DNA from: Squalus acanthias
Taxonomy: Eukaryota
Assembly: GCA_030390025.1 (NCBI GenBank)
Contig: CM059431.1
Span: 137,704,001 to 137,768,000 of the forward strand
Length of the DNA stretch: 64,000 nucleotides
Reading direction: 5' to 3'
The position numbers and the translations under genes are program-made. Under the pieces are notes generated by a model. It was given only the letters and a program-made list of their open reading frames with translations. It did not search any database and was not told the DNA's origin. Of this stretch, positions 46,284 through 60,955 are shown piece by piece (the first letter of the stretch is position 1; each line of letters opens with the position of its first letter).

Positions 46284-49200
46284 TAACATTACTAGTGGTG
46301 ACTCTACTCTAACATTAATGGTGGTGACCCTACTTTAACATTACTGGTGGTGAACCTACACTAACGTTACTGGTGGTGACTCTTCTCAAACAGTGCTGGT
46401 GGTAACCCTGCTTTAACATTACTGATGGTGAACCTACTGTAACATTACTCGTCTTGACCCTTCTCTAACATTACCTGTGGTGACCCTACTTTAACATTGC
46501 CGGTGGTGAATCTACTATAACATTACTGGCGGTGACCCAATTTAACATTACTGGTGGTGACTGTACTCTAACATAACTCGTGGTGACCCTACTCCAACAT
46601 TAATTGAGCTGACCCTATTCTAACATTACTCGTGGTGACACTACTATAACATTACTCGTGGTGACTGTAATATAACATTACTGGTGGTGACCCTACTCTA
46701 ACATAACTGGTGATGACTCTACTCTAACATTGCTGGTGGTGACCCTACGCTAACATTATTGATGGTGAGACTACTCTACCATTAATGGAGTTGACCCTAC
46801 TCTAGCATTAATAGTTGTGACTCTACTCCAGTATTACTGGTGATGACCCTAATCTAACATTACTGGTGGTGACTCTACTTGAACATTACTGTTGGTGACA
46901 CTACGCTAACATTATTGCTGGTGATCCTACTCTAACATTAATGGTGGAGATTCTACTCTGACATTAATGTTGGTGACCCTACTCTAACATTACTGGTGGT
47001 GACCCTACTCTCACATTACTTGTGGTGACGCTACACTAACAATAATGCTGGTTACCCTACACTAACATTACAGGTGATGACCCTGCTATAACATTACTAG
47101 TGGTGACCCTAATCTAACATTACTGGCGGTGACTCTACAACATCATTACTGGTGGTTACTCTACTCTAACTTTATTGGTGGTGACCCTACACTATAATTA
47201 CTGGTGTTGACACTTCTCTAAAATTAATTGTGTTGACCCTACGTTAACAGTACTGGTTGTGACTCTACTCTAACATTACTGGTGGTGAACCTACTGTAAC
47301 ATTAATGGTGGATAATCTACTCTAACATTACTGGTGTTGACCCTACTATAACATTAATGGCGGTGACCTTAATCTAACATTACTGGTGGTTACCGTACTC
47401 TAACATTAATGGTGGAGACTCTACTCTAATATTACTGTCGTTGACCCTACTCTAACATTAATGGCAGTGACCCTACTTTAACATTACTGGTGGTGACTCT
47501 ACTCTAACATTACTGGTGGTGAGCACACACTAACATTAATTGAGGTGACTCTTCGCTAACAGTACTGGCGGTGACTCTACACTAACATTACCGGTGGTGA
47601 CCCGACTCTAACATTACTGGTGGTGACTCTACTCTAACATTACTGGTGGTGACCCTACTCTAACATTACTGGTGGTGACCCTACACTAACATTACTGGTG
47701 TTGACCCTACCCTAACATTACTGGTGGTGACCCTACTCTGTCATTACTGGTGGTGACTCTACTCTAACATTACTGGTGGTGACCCTGCTCCAACATTACC
47801 GGTGTTGACACTATACTGCCAGTGCTGGGGTTAACCCTACTTTAACATTACTGTTGGTGTACCTACTGAAACATTACTGGTGGTGACTGTACTCTAACAT
47901 TACTGATGTTGACTCAACACTACCAGTACTGGTGTTAACCCTACTTTAACATTACTGTTGGTGTACCTACTGAAACATTACTGGTGGTGACTGTACTCTA
48001 ACATTACTGTTGGTGACTCTACTCTAACATTACTGGTGGTGAACTATAACATTACTCGTGGTGACTGTACTCCAGTATTACAGGTGCTGACCCTACTCAA
48101 TCATTACTGGTGGTGACCCTACTATACAATTTCTGGTGGTGTATTTGCTCTAACATTGCTGGTGCTGAATCTACTATAGCATTACTGGTGGTGACTATAA
48201 TCTAAAATTACTGGTGGTGACGCTACTCTAACAATGCTGGTGGTGACCCTACTCTAACATTACTGGTGGTGACGCTACTCTACCATTAATGGAGGTGACC
48301 CTACTCTAACATTAATCGTGGTGACTCTTCTCCAGTATTATTGGTGGTGACCCTAATCTAACAATACTGGTGGTGACTCTACTTGAACATTACTGTTGGT
48401 GACGCTACGCTAACATTACTGGTGGAGATCCTACTCTGACATTAATGGTGGAGACTCTACACTAACATTACTGGTGGTGACCCTACTCTAACATTACCGG
48501 TGGTGACCCTACTCTCTCATTACTGGTGGTGACTCTACACTAATAATAATGCTGGTTACCCTACTCTAACATTACTGGTGATGACCCTACTATAACATTA
48601 CTAGTGGTGACCCTAATCTAACATTACTGGCGGTGACTCTACACCATCATTACTGGTGGTTCCTCTACTCTAACATTACTGGTGGTGAACCTACTCGAAC
48701 ATTAATGGTGGAGAATCTACTCTAATATTACTGGTGTTGAACCTACTCTAACATTAATGGCGGTGACCTTAATCTAACATTAATGGTGGTTACCCTACTC
48801 TAACATTAATGGTGGAGACTCTACTCTAATATTACTGTCGTTGACCCTACTCTAACATTAATGGCAGTGACCCTACTTTAACATTACTGGTGGTGACACT
48901 ACACTAACATTACTTGTGGTGAGCCCACACTAACATTAATTGAGGTGACTCTTCTCTAACATTACTGGCGATGACTCTACACTAACATTACCGGTGCTGA
49001 CCCTACACTATAATTACTGGTGTTGACCCTTCTCAAAAATTAATTGTGTTGACCCCACGTTAACAGTACTGGTTGTGACTCTACTCTAACATTACTGGTG
49101 GTGAACCTACTCTAACATTAATGGTGGATAATCTACTCTAACATTACTGGTGTTGAGCCTGCTCTAACATTAATGGCGGTGACCTTAATCTAACATTACT

Positions 49201-50268
49201 GGTGGTTACCCTACTCTAACATTAATGGTGGAGACTCTACTCTAATATTACTGTCGTTGACCCCACTCTAACATTAATGGCAGTGACCCTACTTTAACAT
49301 TACTGGTGGTGACTCTACTCTAACATTACTGGTGGTGAGCCCACACTAACATTAATTGTGGTGACACTTCTCTAACATTACTGGCGTTGACTCTACACGA
49401 ACATTACCGGTGGTGACCCCACTCTAACAGTACTGGTGGTGACTCTACTCTAACATTACTGGTGGTGACCCTACTCTAACATTACTTTTGGTGATCATAC
49501 TCTAACATTAATGGTGGTGACCCTACTCTAACATTACTGGTGGTAACCATACTCTAACATTAATGCTGGTGACCCTAATCTAAAATTACTGGTGGTGACC
49601 TTGCACTATCATGACTTGTGGAGACTCTTCTCTAACATTAATGTTGTGACCCTAATCTAACATTAATGGAGGTGCCATTACTCTAACATTAGTGATGGTG
49701 ACCCTACTCTATCATTACTGGTGGTGACTCTACTCTAACATTACTGGTGGTGACCCTAATCAAACATTACTGCTGGATACCCTACTCTAACATTACCGTT
49801 GGTGACTCAAATCTAACATTACTGGTGGTGACACTACTGTAACATTGCTGGTGGTGTATATACTCTAACATTACTGGTGGTGATCCTACTCTAACATTAC
49901 TGGTGTTGACTCTACTATAACATTACTGGTTCTGACCCTACTCTGACATTACTGGTGGTAACTCTCCTCTATTATTACTGGTGGTGACTCTACTCTAACA
50001 TTACAGGTGGTGACCCTTCACTAACATAACTGGTGTTGACCCTATTCTAACATTAATGGCGGTGACCCTACTCTAACATCACTGATGGTGACCCAACACT
50101 AAAATTACTGGTGGTCACACTACTCTAACATTAGAGGAGGTGACGCTACTCCAACATTACTGGTGTTGACTCTACCCTAACATTAATGGTGGTGACCCTA
50201 CTATAACTTTACTGGTGGTGACCCTACTTTAACATTACCGGTGGTGAATCTACTATAACATTACTAGG

Positions 50269-50673
50269 GGGCATAATCTTAGAATAAGGGGCTGCTCTTT
50301 CAAAACTGAGATGAGGAGAAACGTCTTCACTCAGAGGTTAGTAGTTCTGTGGAATTTGCTGCCCCAGGAAGCTGTGGAAGCTACATCATTAAATAAATTT
50401 AAAACAGAAATAAACCGTTTCCTAGAAGTAAAGGGAATTAGGGGTTACGGGGAGCAGTCAGGAAATTGGACACAAGGGTGAATTCGGATCGGTCAAGGCC
50501 CTGTGGGTGGCGGAGCGGGCCCAGGGGCTGACTGGCCGTGTCCTGCTCCTAATTCTTGTGTTCTTTAGATTTGAGGTTATGATCAGATCAGCCATGATCT
50601 TATTGAATGGCGGAGCAGTCTCGTTGGGCCGATTGGCCTATTCCTGCTCCTATTTCTTATGTTCTTATGTTCT
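50269..50673 (+). mobile_element. 5'-truncated CR1 3' end in the satellite, copy B
   Basis: Same truncation point and flanks as copy A, 4398 bp downstream. Confidence 0.9.
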
Positions 50674-53600
50674 TAACATTACTAGTGGTGACTCTACTCT
50701 ATCATTAATGGTGGTGACCCTACTTTAACATTACTGGTGGTGAACCTAAACTATCATTACTGGTGGTGACTCTTCTCAAACAGTACTGGTGGTAACCCTG
50801 CTTTAACATTACTGATGGTGAACCTACTGTAACATTACTCATCTTGACCCTTCTCTAACATTACCCGTGGTGACCCTACTTTAACATTGCCGGTGGTGAA
50901 TCTACTATAACATTACTGGCGGTGACCCAATTTAACATTACTGGTGGTGACTCTACTCTAACATAACTGGTGGTGACCTTATCTAACATTATTTGAGGTG
51001 AACCTATTCTAACATTACTCGTAGTGACTCAACTACAGTATTACTGGTGCTGACCCTACTCTAACATTACTGGTGGTGACACTACTATACAATTCCTGGT
51101 GATTTAGCTTCTCTAACATTGCTGGTGGTGAATCTACTATAACATTACTGGTAGTGACTGTAATGTAACATTACAGGTGGTGACCCTACTCTAACATAAC
51201 TGGTGATGACTCTACTCTAACATTGCTGGTGGTGACTCTACTCTAACATTACTGGTGGTGACTCTACTCTAACATTACTGGTGGTGACCCTACTCTAGCA
51301 TAACTGGTGATGACTCTACTCTAACATTACTGGTGGTGACTCTACTATAACATTACTTGTGGTGACTCTACGCTAACATTACTGATGGTGAGCCTACTCT
51401 ACCATTAATGGAGGTGACCCTACTCTAGCATTAATAGTTGTGACTCTACTCCGGTATTACTGGTGGTGACCCTAATCTAACATTACTGGTGGTGACTCTA
51501 CTTGAACATTACTGTTGGTGACACTACGCTAACATTATTGCTGGTGATCCTACTCTAACATTAATGGTGGAGATTCTACTCTGACATTACTGTTGGTGAC
51601 CATACTCTAACATTACTGGTGGGGACCCTACTCTCACATTACTGGTGGTGACTCTACACTAACAATAATGCTGGTTACCCTACTCTAACATTACTGCTGA
51701 TGACCCTCCTATAACATTACTAGTGGTGATCCTAATCTAACATTACTGGCTGTGACTCTACACCATCATTACTGGTGGTTACTGTACTCTAACTTTACTG
51801 GTGGTGACCCTACACTATAATTACTGGTGTTGACCCTTCTCTAAAATTAATTTTGTTGACCCTACGTTAACAGTACTGGTTGTGACTCTACTCTAACATT
51901 AATGGTGGAGAATCTACCCTAACATTACTGGTGTTGACCCTACTCTAACATTAATGGCGGTGACCTTAATCTAACATTGCTGGTGGTTACCCTACTCTAA
52001 CATTAATGGTGGAGATTCTACTCTAATATTACTGTCGTTGACCCTACTCTAACATTAATGGCAGTGACCCTACTTTAACATTACTGGTGGTGACTCTACT
52101 CTAACATTACTGGTGGTGAGCCCACACTAACATTAATTGAGGTGACTCTTCTCTAACATTACTGGTGGTGAATCTACAATAACATTACCGGTGGTGACCC
52201 TACTCCAGCATTACTGGTGGTGACTCTACTCTAACATTACTGGTGGTGACCCTACTCTAACATTACTGGTGGTGACCCTACACTAACATTACTGGTGTTG
52301 ACCCTACCCTAACATTACTGGTGGTGACCCTACTCTGACATTACTGGTGGTGACTCTACTCTAACATTACTGGTGGTGACCCTGCTCCAACATTACCGGT
52401 GTTGACACTATACTACCAGTACTGGGGTTAACCCTACTTTAACATTACTGTTGGTGTACCTGCTGAAACATTACTGGTGTTGACTGTACTCTAACATTAC
52501 TAGTGTTGACATTACACTACCAGTACTCGTGTTAACCCTACTTTAACATTACTGTTGGTGTACCTACTGAAACATTACTGGTGGTGACTGTACTCTAACC
52601 TTACTGTTGGTGAACTATAACATTACTCGTGGTGACTGTACTCCAATATTACAGGTGCTGACCCTACTCAAACATTACTGGTGGTGACCCTACTATACAA
52701 TTTCTGGTGGTGTATTTGCTATAACATTGCTGGTGCTGAATCTACTATAACATTACTGGTGGTGACTCTAATCTAACATTACTGGTTGTGACGCTAGTCT
52801 AACAATGCTCGTGGTGACCCTACTCTAACATTAATCGTGGTGCCGCTACTCCAGTATTATTGGTGATGACCCTAATCTAACAATACTGGTGGTGACGCTA
52901 CTTGAACATGACTGTTGGTGACGCTACGCTGACATTACTGGTGGAGATCCTACTCTAACATTAATGGTGGAGACTCTACACTAACATTACTGGTGTTGAC
53001 CATACTCTAGCATTAATGGCGGTGACCCTACTTTAACATTACTGGTGGTGACTCTACTCTAACATTACTGGTGGTGAGCCCACACTAACATTAATTGAGG
53101 TGACTCTTCTCTAACATTACTGGTGGTAAATCTACAATAACATTACCGGTGGTGACCCTACTCTAACATTACTGGTGGTGACTCTACTCTAACATTACTG
53201 GTGGTGACCCTACTCTAACATTACTGGTGGTGACCCTACACTAACATTACTGGTGTTGACCCTACCCTAACATTACTGGTGGTGACCCTACTCTGACATT
53301 ACTGGTGGTGACGCTACTTGAACATGACTGTTGGTGACGCTACGCTGACATTACTGGTGGAGATCCTACTCTAACATTAATGGTGGAGACTCTACACTAA
53401 CATTACTGGTGTTGACCATACTCTAGCATTAATGGCGGTGACTCTACTCGAACATTACTAGTGGTGACACTACTCCAACATTACTGGTGGTCACACTACT
53501 CTAACATTACTGGTGGTGAAATACTCTAATGTTACTCCAACAGACAGTCTTAAGTTTAATATGCCCTTAGTTTACTGAGTTCTATTTTCTTGCTTTCTAT

Positions 53601-53924
53601 ATTTACTGTGTCCTTTTCTCTGCAATTATTGTTTCCGAGTATTCTGGTTTCACTAGTTCCTCGTGCTTATTCTCTCCTAAATTTCCTTATTCATGTTCCC
53701 TGCGTTTCCTTTGCTTCCTGTGATAGCACAAGTCGAAAGAATGTTTGAGGGAACCAACGTGCTAATTCAAAGGGAGCAACAAGTGGCCCCAAATAAACAG
53801 GATGTCCTAAGTCAGAATTACATAGAAATTACAACATGGAATAGGCCCAACCATTCCGTATAGTCGATAATTAGCTCCTAATTACATGTGCCCAACGGTT
53901 TCCCATATCAATTTATGCCACTTC

Positions 53925-54210
53925 ACTTTTTTATCCGTTTATTGGATTTGGGCGTCGCTGGCAAGGAGGCACTTATTTCCCATCCTAATTGCCCTTGAGA
54001 AGGTGGTGGTGAGCCGCCTTCTTGAACCGCTGCAGTCCGTGTGGTGAAGGTATTACCACGGTGCTGTTAGGTAGATAGTTCCAGGATTATGACCCAGCGA
54101 CGATGAAGGATCGGCGATATACTTCTATGTCAGGATGGTGTGTGACTTGAAGGGGAAGTTAGTGGTTTTCCCATGGTCCTGCGGCCCTAGATAAAAGATG
54201 TCGCGGGTTC
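53925..54210 (-). mobile_element. 3' end of a CR1/L2-group LINE
   Basis: Clear similarity to 5978-6310 (TTGAACCGCTGCAGTCC..GGTGAAGGTA). Confidence 0.75.
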
Positions 54211-54339
54211 AACCACCTATCTAATCTAATCAAAACCGTTGACATTTTTAAAATTCATTCAATGATGTTGCCAATTACTGCCGATCAAGGTTGTCATGAG
54301 AAGGAGATTTGAATAAACAATCTATGTTGCCGGAGACTT

Positions 54340-54570
54340 CCCGACGGTACGTTAAATCGATGCCTTTTCTGACCTCTTGGGTTGACGTTAAAGATCCCAT
54401 GGCATTATTGAGAAGAAGAGCAGTGGAATTCTCCCCGGCGATCTCGCCAATATTTAACCTCAAACAACAACATTATAACAGATTATCTGATGAATATTAC
54501 AGTGTGGGAGTATGCTGTGCCCAACTTTTCTACCACATGTATTGCACTACAACAGTGACCGCACCGCAAA
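54340..54570 (+). mobile_element. DeuSINE fragment (Deu domain)
   Basis: ACGTTAAATCGA..GACGTTAAAGATCCCATGGCATTATT resembles the Deu-domain core (from memory); related copy at 61600-62030. Confidence 0.6.
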
Positions 54571-54574
54571 AGTA

Positions 54575-57500
54575 CTCAAATAAAAACAGAACATGCTGGA
54601 GATACTCAGCATGTCAGGCAGCATCTGTGAAGAGAGAAACAGAGTTAACTTTTCAGGCAGAACTGGAAAAAAGCAGGAAATGGAACAGATTTTTAAGCAA
54701 GTGTAGGGTCTGGGAAATGGGGGGGGCGGGTGGGGTGAAAGAACAAAAGGGAAGGTCTGTGATAGGAGAGATGGCAGGAGAGGTTAAGAGACATTAAGAG
54801 ATATTCAAGGCAAAAGGAGATGGTAATGGGACAGGTTAAGAAACAAAGGATGGCTCTAGATGATGTGTAAATTGCGCTGGCAGAATGAAAGGCAGCTGCC
54901 ATGTGGGAGAGAAGAGAGAAAGACACCGACAAAAAGTGTGGATAAAACACATATATATGATTGGGGCCTAGGTTATGTTCTTAAATTGTTGAATTCTATG
55001 TTGAGTCCAGAAGGCTGTAAAATGCCTACTCGGAAGATGAGTTGCTGTTCCTTGAGCTTACGCTGAGCTTTAGTGGAACAATGCAAGGGGCCGAGGACGG
55101 TGAGGTCTGAGTGGGAGTGGAGCGGAGAATTAAAGTGACAGACGACCGGAAGCTCGGTGTCCCCCTTACGGACTGAACGGAGATGTTCCTCAAACGGTCA
55201 CCCAATCTGCGTTTGGTCTCCCCAATGTAGAGGAGACAGCATCGTGCGCAGCGAATACAGTACACTAAATGGCAAGAGGTACAAGTAAATCGCTGTTTTT
55301 CCTGGAAGGGGTGTTTGGGGCCCTGGTCACTGGGAAGTGGTAAGGTATAAGGGCATGTGTTGCATCTCCTGTGCTTGCATGTGAAGGTGCCGGGCGAAGG
55401 GAAAGGGGTGTTGGGGGTGATACAGGAGATGCATTGCTGATCATCTTCCAACATTCGATGGAATCTGGAACTGTACCCATGGATTGGAGGGTAGCTAATG
55501 TTACCCCACTATTCAAAAAGGGTGGTAGAGAGAAAGCGGGGAATTACAGACCGGTAAGCCTGACATTGGTAGTGGGGAAAATGCTAGAGTCCATTATAAA
55601 GGATGTAATAGCTGAGCACTTGAAAAACAGTGACAGGATCGGACAAAGTCAACATGGATTTACAAACGGTAAATCGTGCTTGACTAAACTAATGGAATTT
55701 TTTGAGGATTTAACTGGCAAAATAGATTTGGGAGAACCAGTAGATGTGGTATATTTGGACTTTCAAAAGGGTTTCCATAAGGTCCCGCATAATAGATTAG
55801 CGTGTAAAGTTAAGACACATGGGATTGGGGGAAAGGTATTGACTTGGATAGAGAACTGGTTGGCGGACAGAAAGCAGAGAGTAGGAATTAATGGGTCTTT
55901 TTCCGAGTGGCAAGCAGTGACTAGTGGGTTACCGCAGGGATCGGTTCTTGGACCTCAGCTATTCACAATATACATTAATGATCTAGATTAAGGAACTAAA
56001 TGTAATATCTCCAAGTTTGCAGATGACACAAAGCTGGATGGGAGTGTGTGCTGCGAGGAGGATACCGAGAAACTCCAGGATGATTTGGACAGTTTGGGTG
56101 AGTGGCCAGAAGCGTGGCAGATGCAATATCACGTGGATAAATGCGAGGTTATCCACTTTGGTGTCAAAAACAGAAAGGCAGACTATTATCTGAATGGCAA
56201 TAGATTGGGAGAAGGGGAAGTGCAACGAGACCTGGATGTCCTTGTGCACCAGTCGCTGAAGGTAAGCATGCAGGTGCAGCAGGCGGTGAAGAAGGCAAAT
56301 GATATGTTGGCCTTCATAGCGAAAGGGTTTGAGTATAGGAACAGGGATGTCCTGCTGCAGTTGTACAGCGCCTTGGTGAGACCACACCTTGAGTACTGTG
56401 TGCAGTTTTCGTCGCCTTATCTGAGGAAGGATGATCTTGCCATAGAATGAGTTCAGCGAAGATTCACAAGACTGCTACCTGGGATGGCAGGAATGACATA
56501 TGAGAAGAGATTGGGTCGATTGGGCTTATACTCGCTGGAGTATAGAAGAATGAGAGGGGATCTCATCGAAACATATAAAATTCTGACAGGTCTGGACAAA
56601 CTAAATGCAGGAAGAATGTTCCCGATGGTCGGAGAGTCCAGAACCAGGGGTCATAATCTAAGGATAACGGGTAAGCCATTTAGGACAGAAATGAGGAAGA
56701 ATTTCTTCACCCAGAGAGTGGTGAACCTGTGAAATTCTCTACCACAGAAGGTAGTTGAGGCCAAGTCATTAAATATATTCAAGAATGAGTTATAGATATA
56801 TTTCGTAAAGCTAAAGGTATCAAGGGATATGGGGAGAAGGCAGGTACAGGGTACTGAGTTTGGATGATCAGCCATGATCTCAACGAATGGCGGAGCAGGC
56901 TCGAGGGGCCGAATGGCCTACTCCTGTGGGGGTCAGTGGGCTTGTAGTGAATGTTTGTCAATAGCCTATCCCCATAGATGGAGACGGAGAATTCGAGGAA
57001 GGGAAGGGAAGAGTTGGAGATGGACCATGTGAAGGTGAGGGAAGGGTGGAATTTGGAAGCGAACTGAATGAAATTACCTACTTCTGGGCGAGAGCAGGAA
57101 ACGGCACCGATACAGTCATCGATGTACCGGAAAAAAGAGGTGAGGAATGGGACCTGAGTAGAACTGGAACAAAGAGTGTTCCACATATCCCACGAAAAGG
57201 GAGGCATAGCTAGGACCCATGCGGGTTCACATAGCGACACCTTTGATTTGTAGGAAGTGAGTGGAGTCAAATGAGAAGTTGTTCAATGTGAGAACAATTT
57301 CAGCCAGGCGGAGGGGGCGGTCCTGGATGGGGACTGGTTGGGCCTTTGTTCAAGGACGAAGCGGATCGCCCTCAGGCCATCCTGGTGGGGGATGGAGGTG
57401 TAGAGGGTTTGTATGTCCATAGTGAAAAGGAGGCGGTTGGGGCCAGGGAACTGGAAACTAGCGGAAGCTGAACGCCAACTCTCCGACACCTCTAGTTACC

Positions 57501-57965
57501 TCCGCCTCGACCATGACCCCACTACCGAACAGCAAGCCACCGTTTCCAACACTGTCACTGACCTCATCTCCTCTGGAGATCTTCCCCCCACAGCCGCCCA
57601 CCTCATAGTTCCCCAACCCCGCACAGCCCGCTTCTACCTCCTTCCCAAGATCCATAAACAGGACTGCCCTGGTAGACCCATTGTTTCAGCCTGTTCTTGC
57701 CCCACGGAACTTATCTCTTCCTATCTCGACTCAATTTTTTCTCCCCTTGTTCAGTCTCTTCCCAACTAAATCTGCGAATCTTCTGACGCCCTCCGCCACT
57801 TTAACAGTTTCCAGTTTCCTGGCCCCAAACGCCCCTATTCACTATGGAAGTACAATCCCTTCACACCTCCATCCCCCACCAGGATGGCCTGAGGGTGCTC
57901 CGCTTTTTCCTTGAACAGATGCCCAACCAGTCCCCATCCACCACCGCCCTCCTCCGCCTGGCTGA
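54575..57965 (-). mobile_element. Degraded Penelope-like element (terminal repeat, GIY-YIG, RT) split by a CR1, with an inverted 5' segment at 57461-57965 (+)
   Basis: Minus LVYCIRCARCCLLYIGETKRRLGDR (GIY-YIG); minus FFRYIDDCIG (RT); plus ARFYLLPKIHK..GRPIVSAC (RT N-terminal motifs). Confidence 0.88.
55425..56925 (+). mobile_element. 5'-truncated CR1 LINE RT region with stops
   Basis: [26 protein letters not shown], then in-frame stop at 55989 and SKFADD; RRMRGDLIETYKI; 3' end without its terminal microsatellite. Confidence 0.95.
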
Positions 57966-58494
57966 GAGAACGGGAGTGAGATTTAGAGAGTGAGAGAATG
58001 CGATTGCGTGTGAGATCACCGAGTGAGTGAATATGTCTGGCATCGATAGAGTGAGGGATTGGGAGCAGGAATGAGATTTACAGAGTGGGAGAATGGGAAT
58101 TACATTTAAAGATGTGGGGGCTTGAAGGGTAGCCTTTGTGCAAGAAGGGATAGAGAAGTAAACCAAATAACGATAGACCAGTCCATCCCTGGTCTCATTG
58201 ACCGACTTTCAATGCTTTAGATAAATATTGTAGTTTCATGCGAAGCTGTAAACTGGTTGATATCGAATTAGATGCGTATTATCCACCATGCTGGATTCTC
58301 CTTTCTGAGGAAGTCAGTGGAAGGGAGAATCGGGCGGCGTGTACAATGAGCGGCCAGTTCTCCATCGGTCATGTTATGCCATCACCCAAACTTAAAGTGA
58401 GTCCTCTTTGATTTTTCTGACAATCACCGTCTCATGTATATTAAGCAGGCATTTATGTTTTCTCTTTAATTTAGCTACATTCGCAGTATCATTT

Positions 58495-58652
58495 TCTGAG
58501 GGCACTTTAGCTTATGGCAATAATATGAAATGGGCAATATCGAAATGGTCTTCCATTGTTTTCAACGGGAAGGAAAATCAGGCGTGGTATAAAATGGGCG
58601 ACATATTGGATTTATCCCATTTTAAACCGTCGCCCAAAGTTAATGTGCCCCC
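58495..58652. mobile_element. Short palindromic MITE-like element
   Basis: GGGCACTTTAGCTTATGGC...GTCGCCCAAAGTTAATGTGCCCC imperfect terminal inverted repeats; related to 60956-61105 and 32305-32400. Confidence 0.45.
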
Positions 58653-58974
58653 TCTGTGTCACTGTTAGCACACCCAACCCACAACTTTGCTGTTTGGAAG
58701 GAGATGATGAGAGATCCTTCTGCTGTTGACAGGCCTGGAGGGCATTGCCTGCCGGCTGGGACTCGGTCTCTTGGCTCCAAGGAAGAAGATCACGGTGTAT
58801 TGATGGGGAACCATTCGGCCGGCAAGAGCTCGTTCATCAACTGGTGAGTACCTCATTTGTTTGTTCACTCTCGCGACCATTGGTGACGCTGGCAAGGACG
58901 CATTTATTCACAACTCTAGTTATCTTGAAGGCATTAAGAGCCAACGAAGTGGTGTGGGATCGCAGTTACTTGTT

Positions 58975-59670
58975 AATGCTGTGGATGTAATATAAATTAA
59001 TTTTCACAAGGCATTTGATAAAACGCTTCAAAGGAAGCTTGCTACAAAACTCAGGGAAATGCTATGAGAAACTACAGCAGGATAGCTATAAATCTGTTGA
59101 CAGAGAGAAAATGAGCAGGGACTCTAACCAGCGAGAATAGTGCAGGGGAAAGGTTAGAATTTTAAAATTTAGCTCCAAGCTCCATCCCAATGCGTCCCGG
59201 CTGCCTTCATTGTCATGAAGACGAATCACGCCATCGACGAGACTCCCGCTAAAGGAAGGCGGGGCCTACTTAACATTCAATAGTTGTGCCCCAATAACCT
59301 CTTCAGGCGTGCCAATTGCCTTGGATCTGGCACGCAAGGTTCGCTGCAGCCCTTTTAAAATCGCTGTCTAATGGGGATGCTTGTATTGGAGACGGGTTGG
59401 AAGTGGTATAGTCCGGGGTCAGAACTGCGTCCATTTTACTTCTTGGTGTATATCAACGATTTGCAATTGAGCATAGGGAGCTTAATCTAAAAATTTGCGC
59501 ATGAGCCAAATAGCAGCGGATTAAAAAACCAAGAGGACATCGAGTACAGGAATTAGAAAGTAAATTTGGACCGGCCTCAGACAGAAAATGTGTGCACTTT
59601 TAGGCACCCTATATAGAACCTCACTCAGCCGCAGACAGCATGCAGCATAGATTCAGCAAGATGATGCCTT
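58975..59670 (+). mobile_element. Old scattered CR1 RT remnants
   Basis: GTGGATGTAATATA..TTTCACAAGGCATTTGATAAA (VDVI..F.KAFDK) and GTGTATATCAACGAT (VYIND). Confidence 0.55.
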
Positions 59671-60955
59671 CATGGTGAAGTACTTACGTTACAACTAATC
59701 ATAGTATCATAGAAAGATAGCACCGGAGAATTAGAAAATCACGGGACCGTAGAATGGTGGAGTTACAGAAGCAGAGTGTGAAATAAACAGATAATCATAG
59801 AATCAGTGAATCATAGAATCATAGAATCTTAGGACTTTGGAAACATTCAGAGAATAATGTAACCATAGAAATAGAAAATCAGAGGCACACAGTTCAGAGA
59901 ACTGAGAACTGCAGCATCTTAGAAGCAGAAATCAACGTGAATGAAAATCAGGTAATTTGCATATTGGCGGGCAATCTGAAATGCCAGTTTGATGTCCAGG
60001 CAGCACGCTGAAAATCTACTTCATAGAATCAGAGAACTGAAGTATGGTAGAATCAGTGCATTATCCAGCTACAGTACCAAAGATTCATACAATTATACAG
60101 CTGTAGAATAGTACAATGATAGAATAAGTGACTAAAAGAAACATGGGATTAAATACAGGAGTAGATAACGCAGACCCTCTGGCCTGTTTTGTCATTCAAT
60201 TGTATCATGGCTGTTAAATTAATTCCCTTGACACATTTACCAAAATCAATCTCAATATTGAAAATTTCACTATTCTCAACATTTACAATTTTTTTGAGAC
60301 AGATTTCTAGATTGTTCTGGATTTCCATACAACAGCATATGGATTTTCTGTATCTACCCTGCCAAATCTGCATCTAACATAGAAACATAGAAACATAAAC
60401 ATAGAAACATCGCTAACTGTACACTATCCTGATTGTGCACCTGGACAAGATTGACGGCACGGGCAGCAATTGCGGAATGCTATGAACTCAAAGTATAGTA
60501 ACAGAGCTCTGGGATCAGATTAGCAACGTATTGAAAAGAATGCTGGAACGCAATGGATATCGCACAAAACAGATACCAGGCTGGACTCTATGGGACAGAT
60601 TGGGGGTCTGGTTGTCTAGGACTAGCAATCCAAATGTCGGGATTTAAACACCAACCACATCAAGATGTGCCATTGAATTCAATAAAATATGATAATTTCT
60701 GGATTGGGGCCAGAGGAAATTATGGTGAATGTTACTGAAGTTAAAGAGGAGGTAATGGATCCCCTCTCAGGATTTGATGAAACTTGTAGATTCGGCTAAC
60801 CTTCACTCCTTAACTAAAGCCACCAAAGCAAAGATTAACTGGTCATTTATCTCAACGTCAGGATTTTTCTATAAACTGAACTGTTGCCATAATGTCCTTC
60901 AGGTAAAGAAGCCTCCCACATCTACCTAGTTTGGATTACACAAAACTCCAGTTCC

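Larger units (their letters stand above)
34330..53540 (-). repeat. 26-bp satellite (ACTCTAACATTACTGGTGGTGACCCT), interrupted by the LTR element and two CR1 copies
   Basis: Reverse complement of the 1-2095 unit; degenerate at the gene-proximal edge; ~520-bp and ~4.4-kb higher-order duplications. Confidence 0.97.

Noticed and set aside
55026..56732. ORFs 55026, 55371, 56046, 56484 as genes or helper RT
   Set aside because: Fragments of CR1 and Penelope with stops; N-termini cross element junctions
59690..60410. Scattered CATAGAA(T/A)C motifs as a regulatory array
   Set aside because: Best explained as decayed CR1 tail microsatellite next to a CR1 3' remnant
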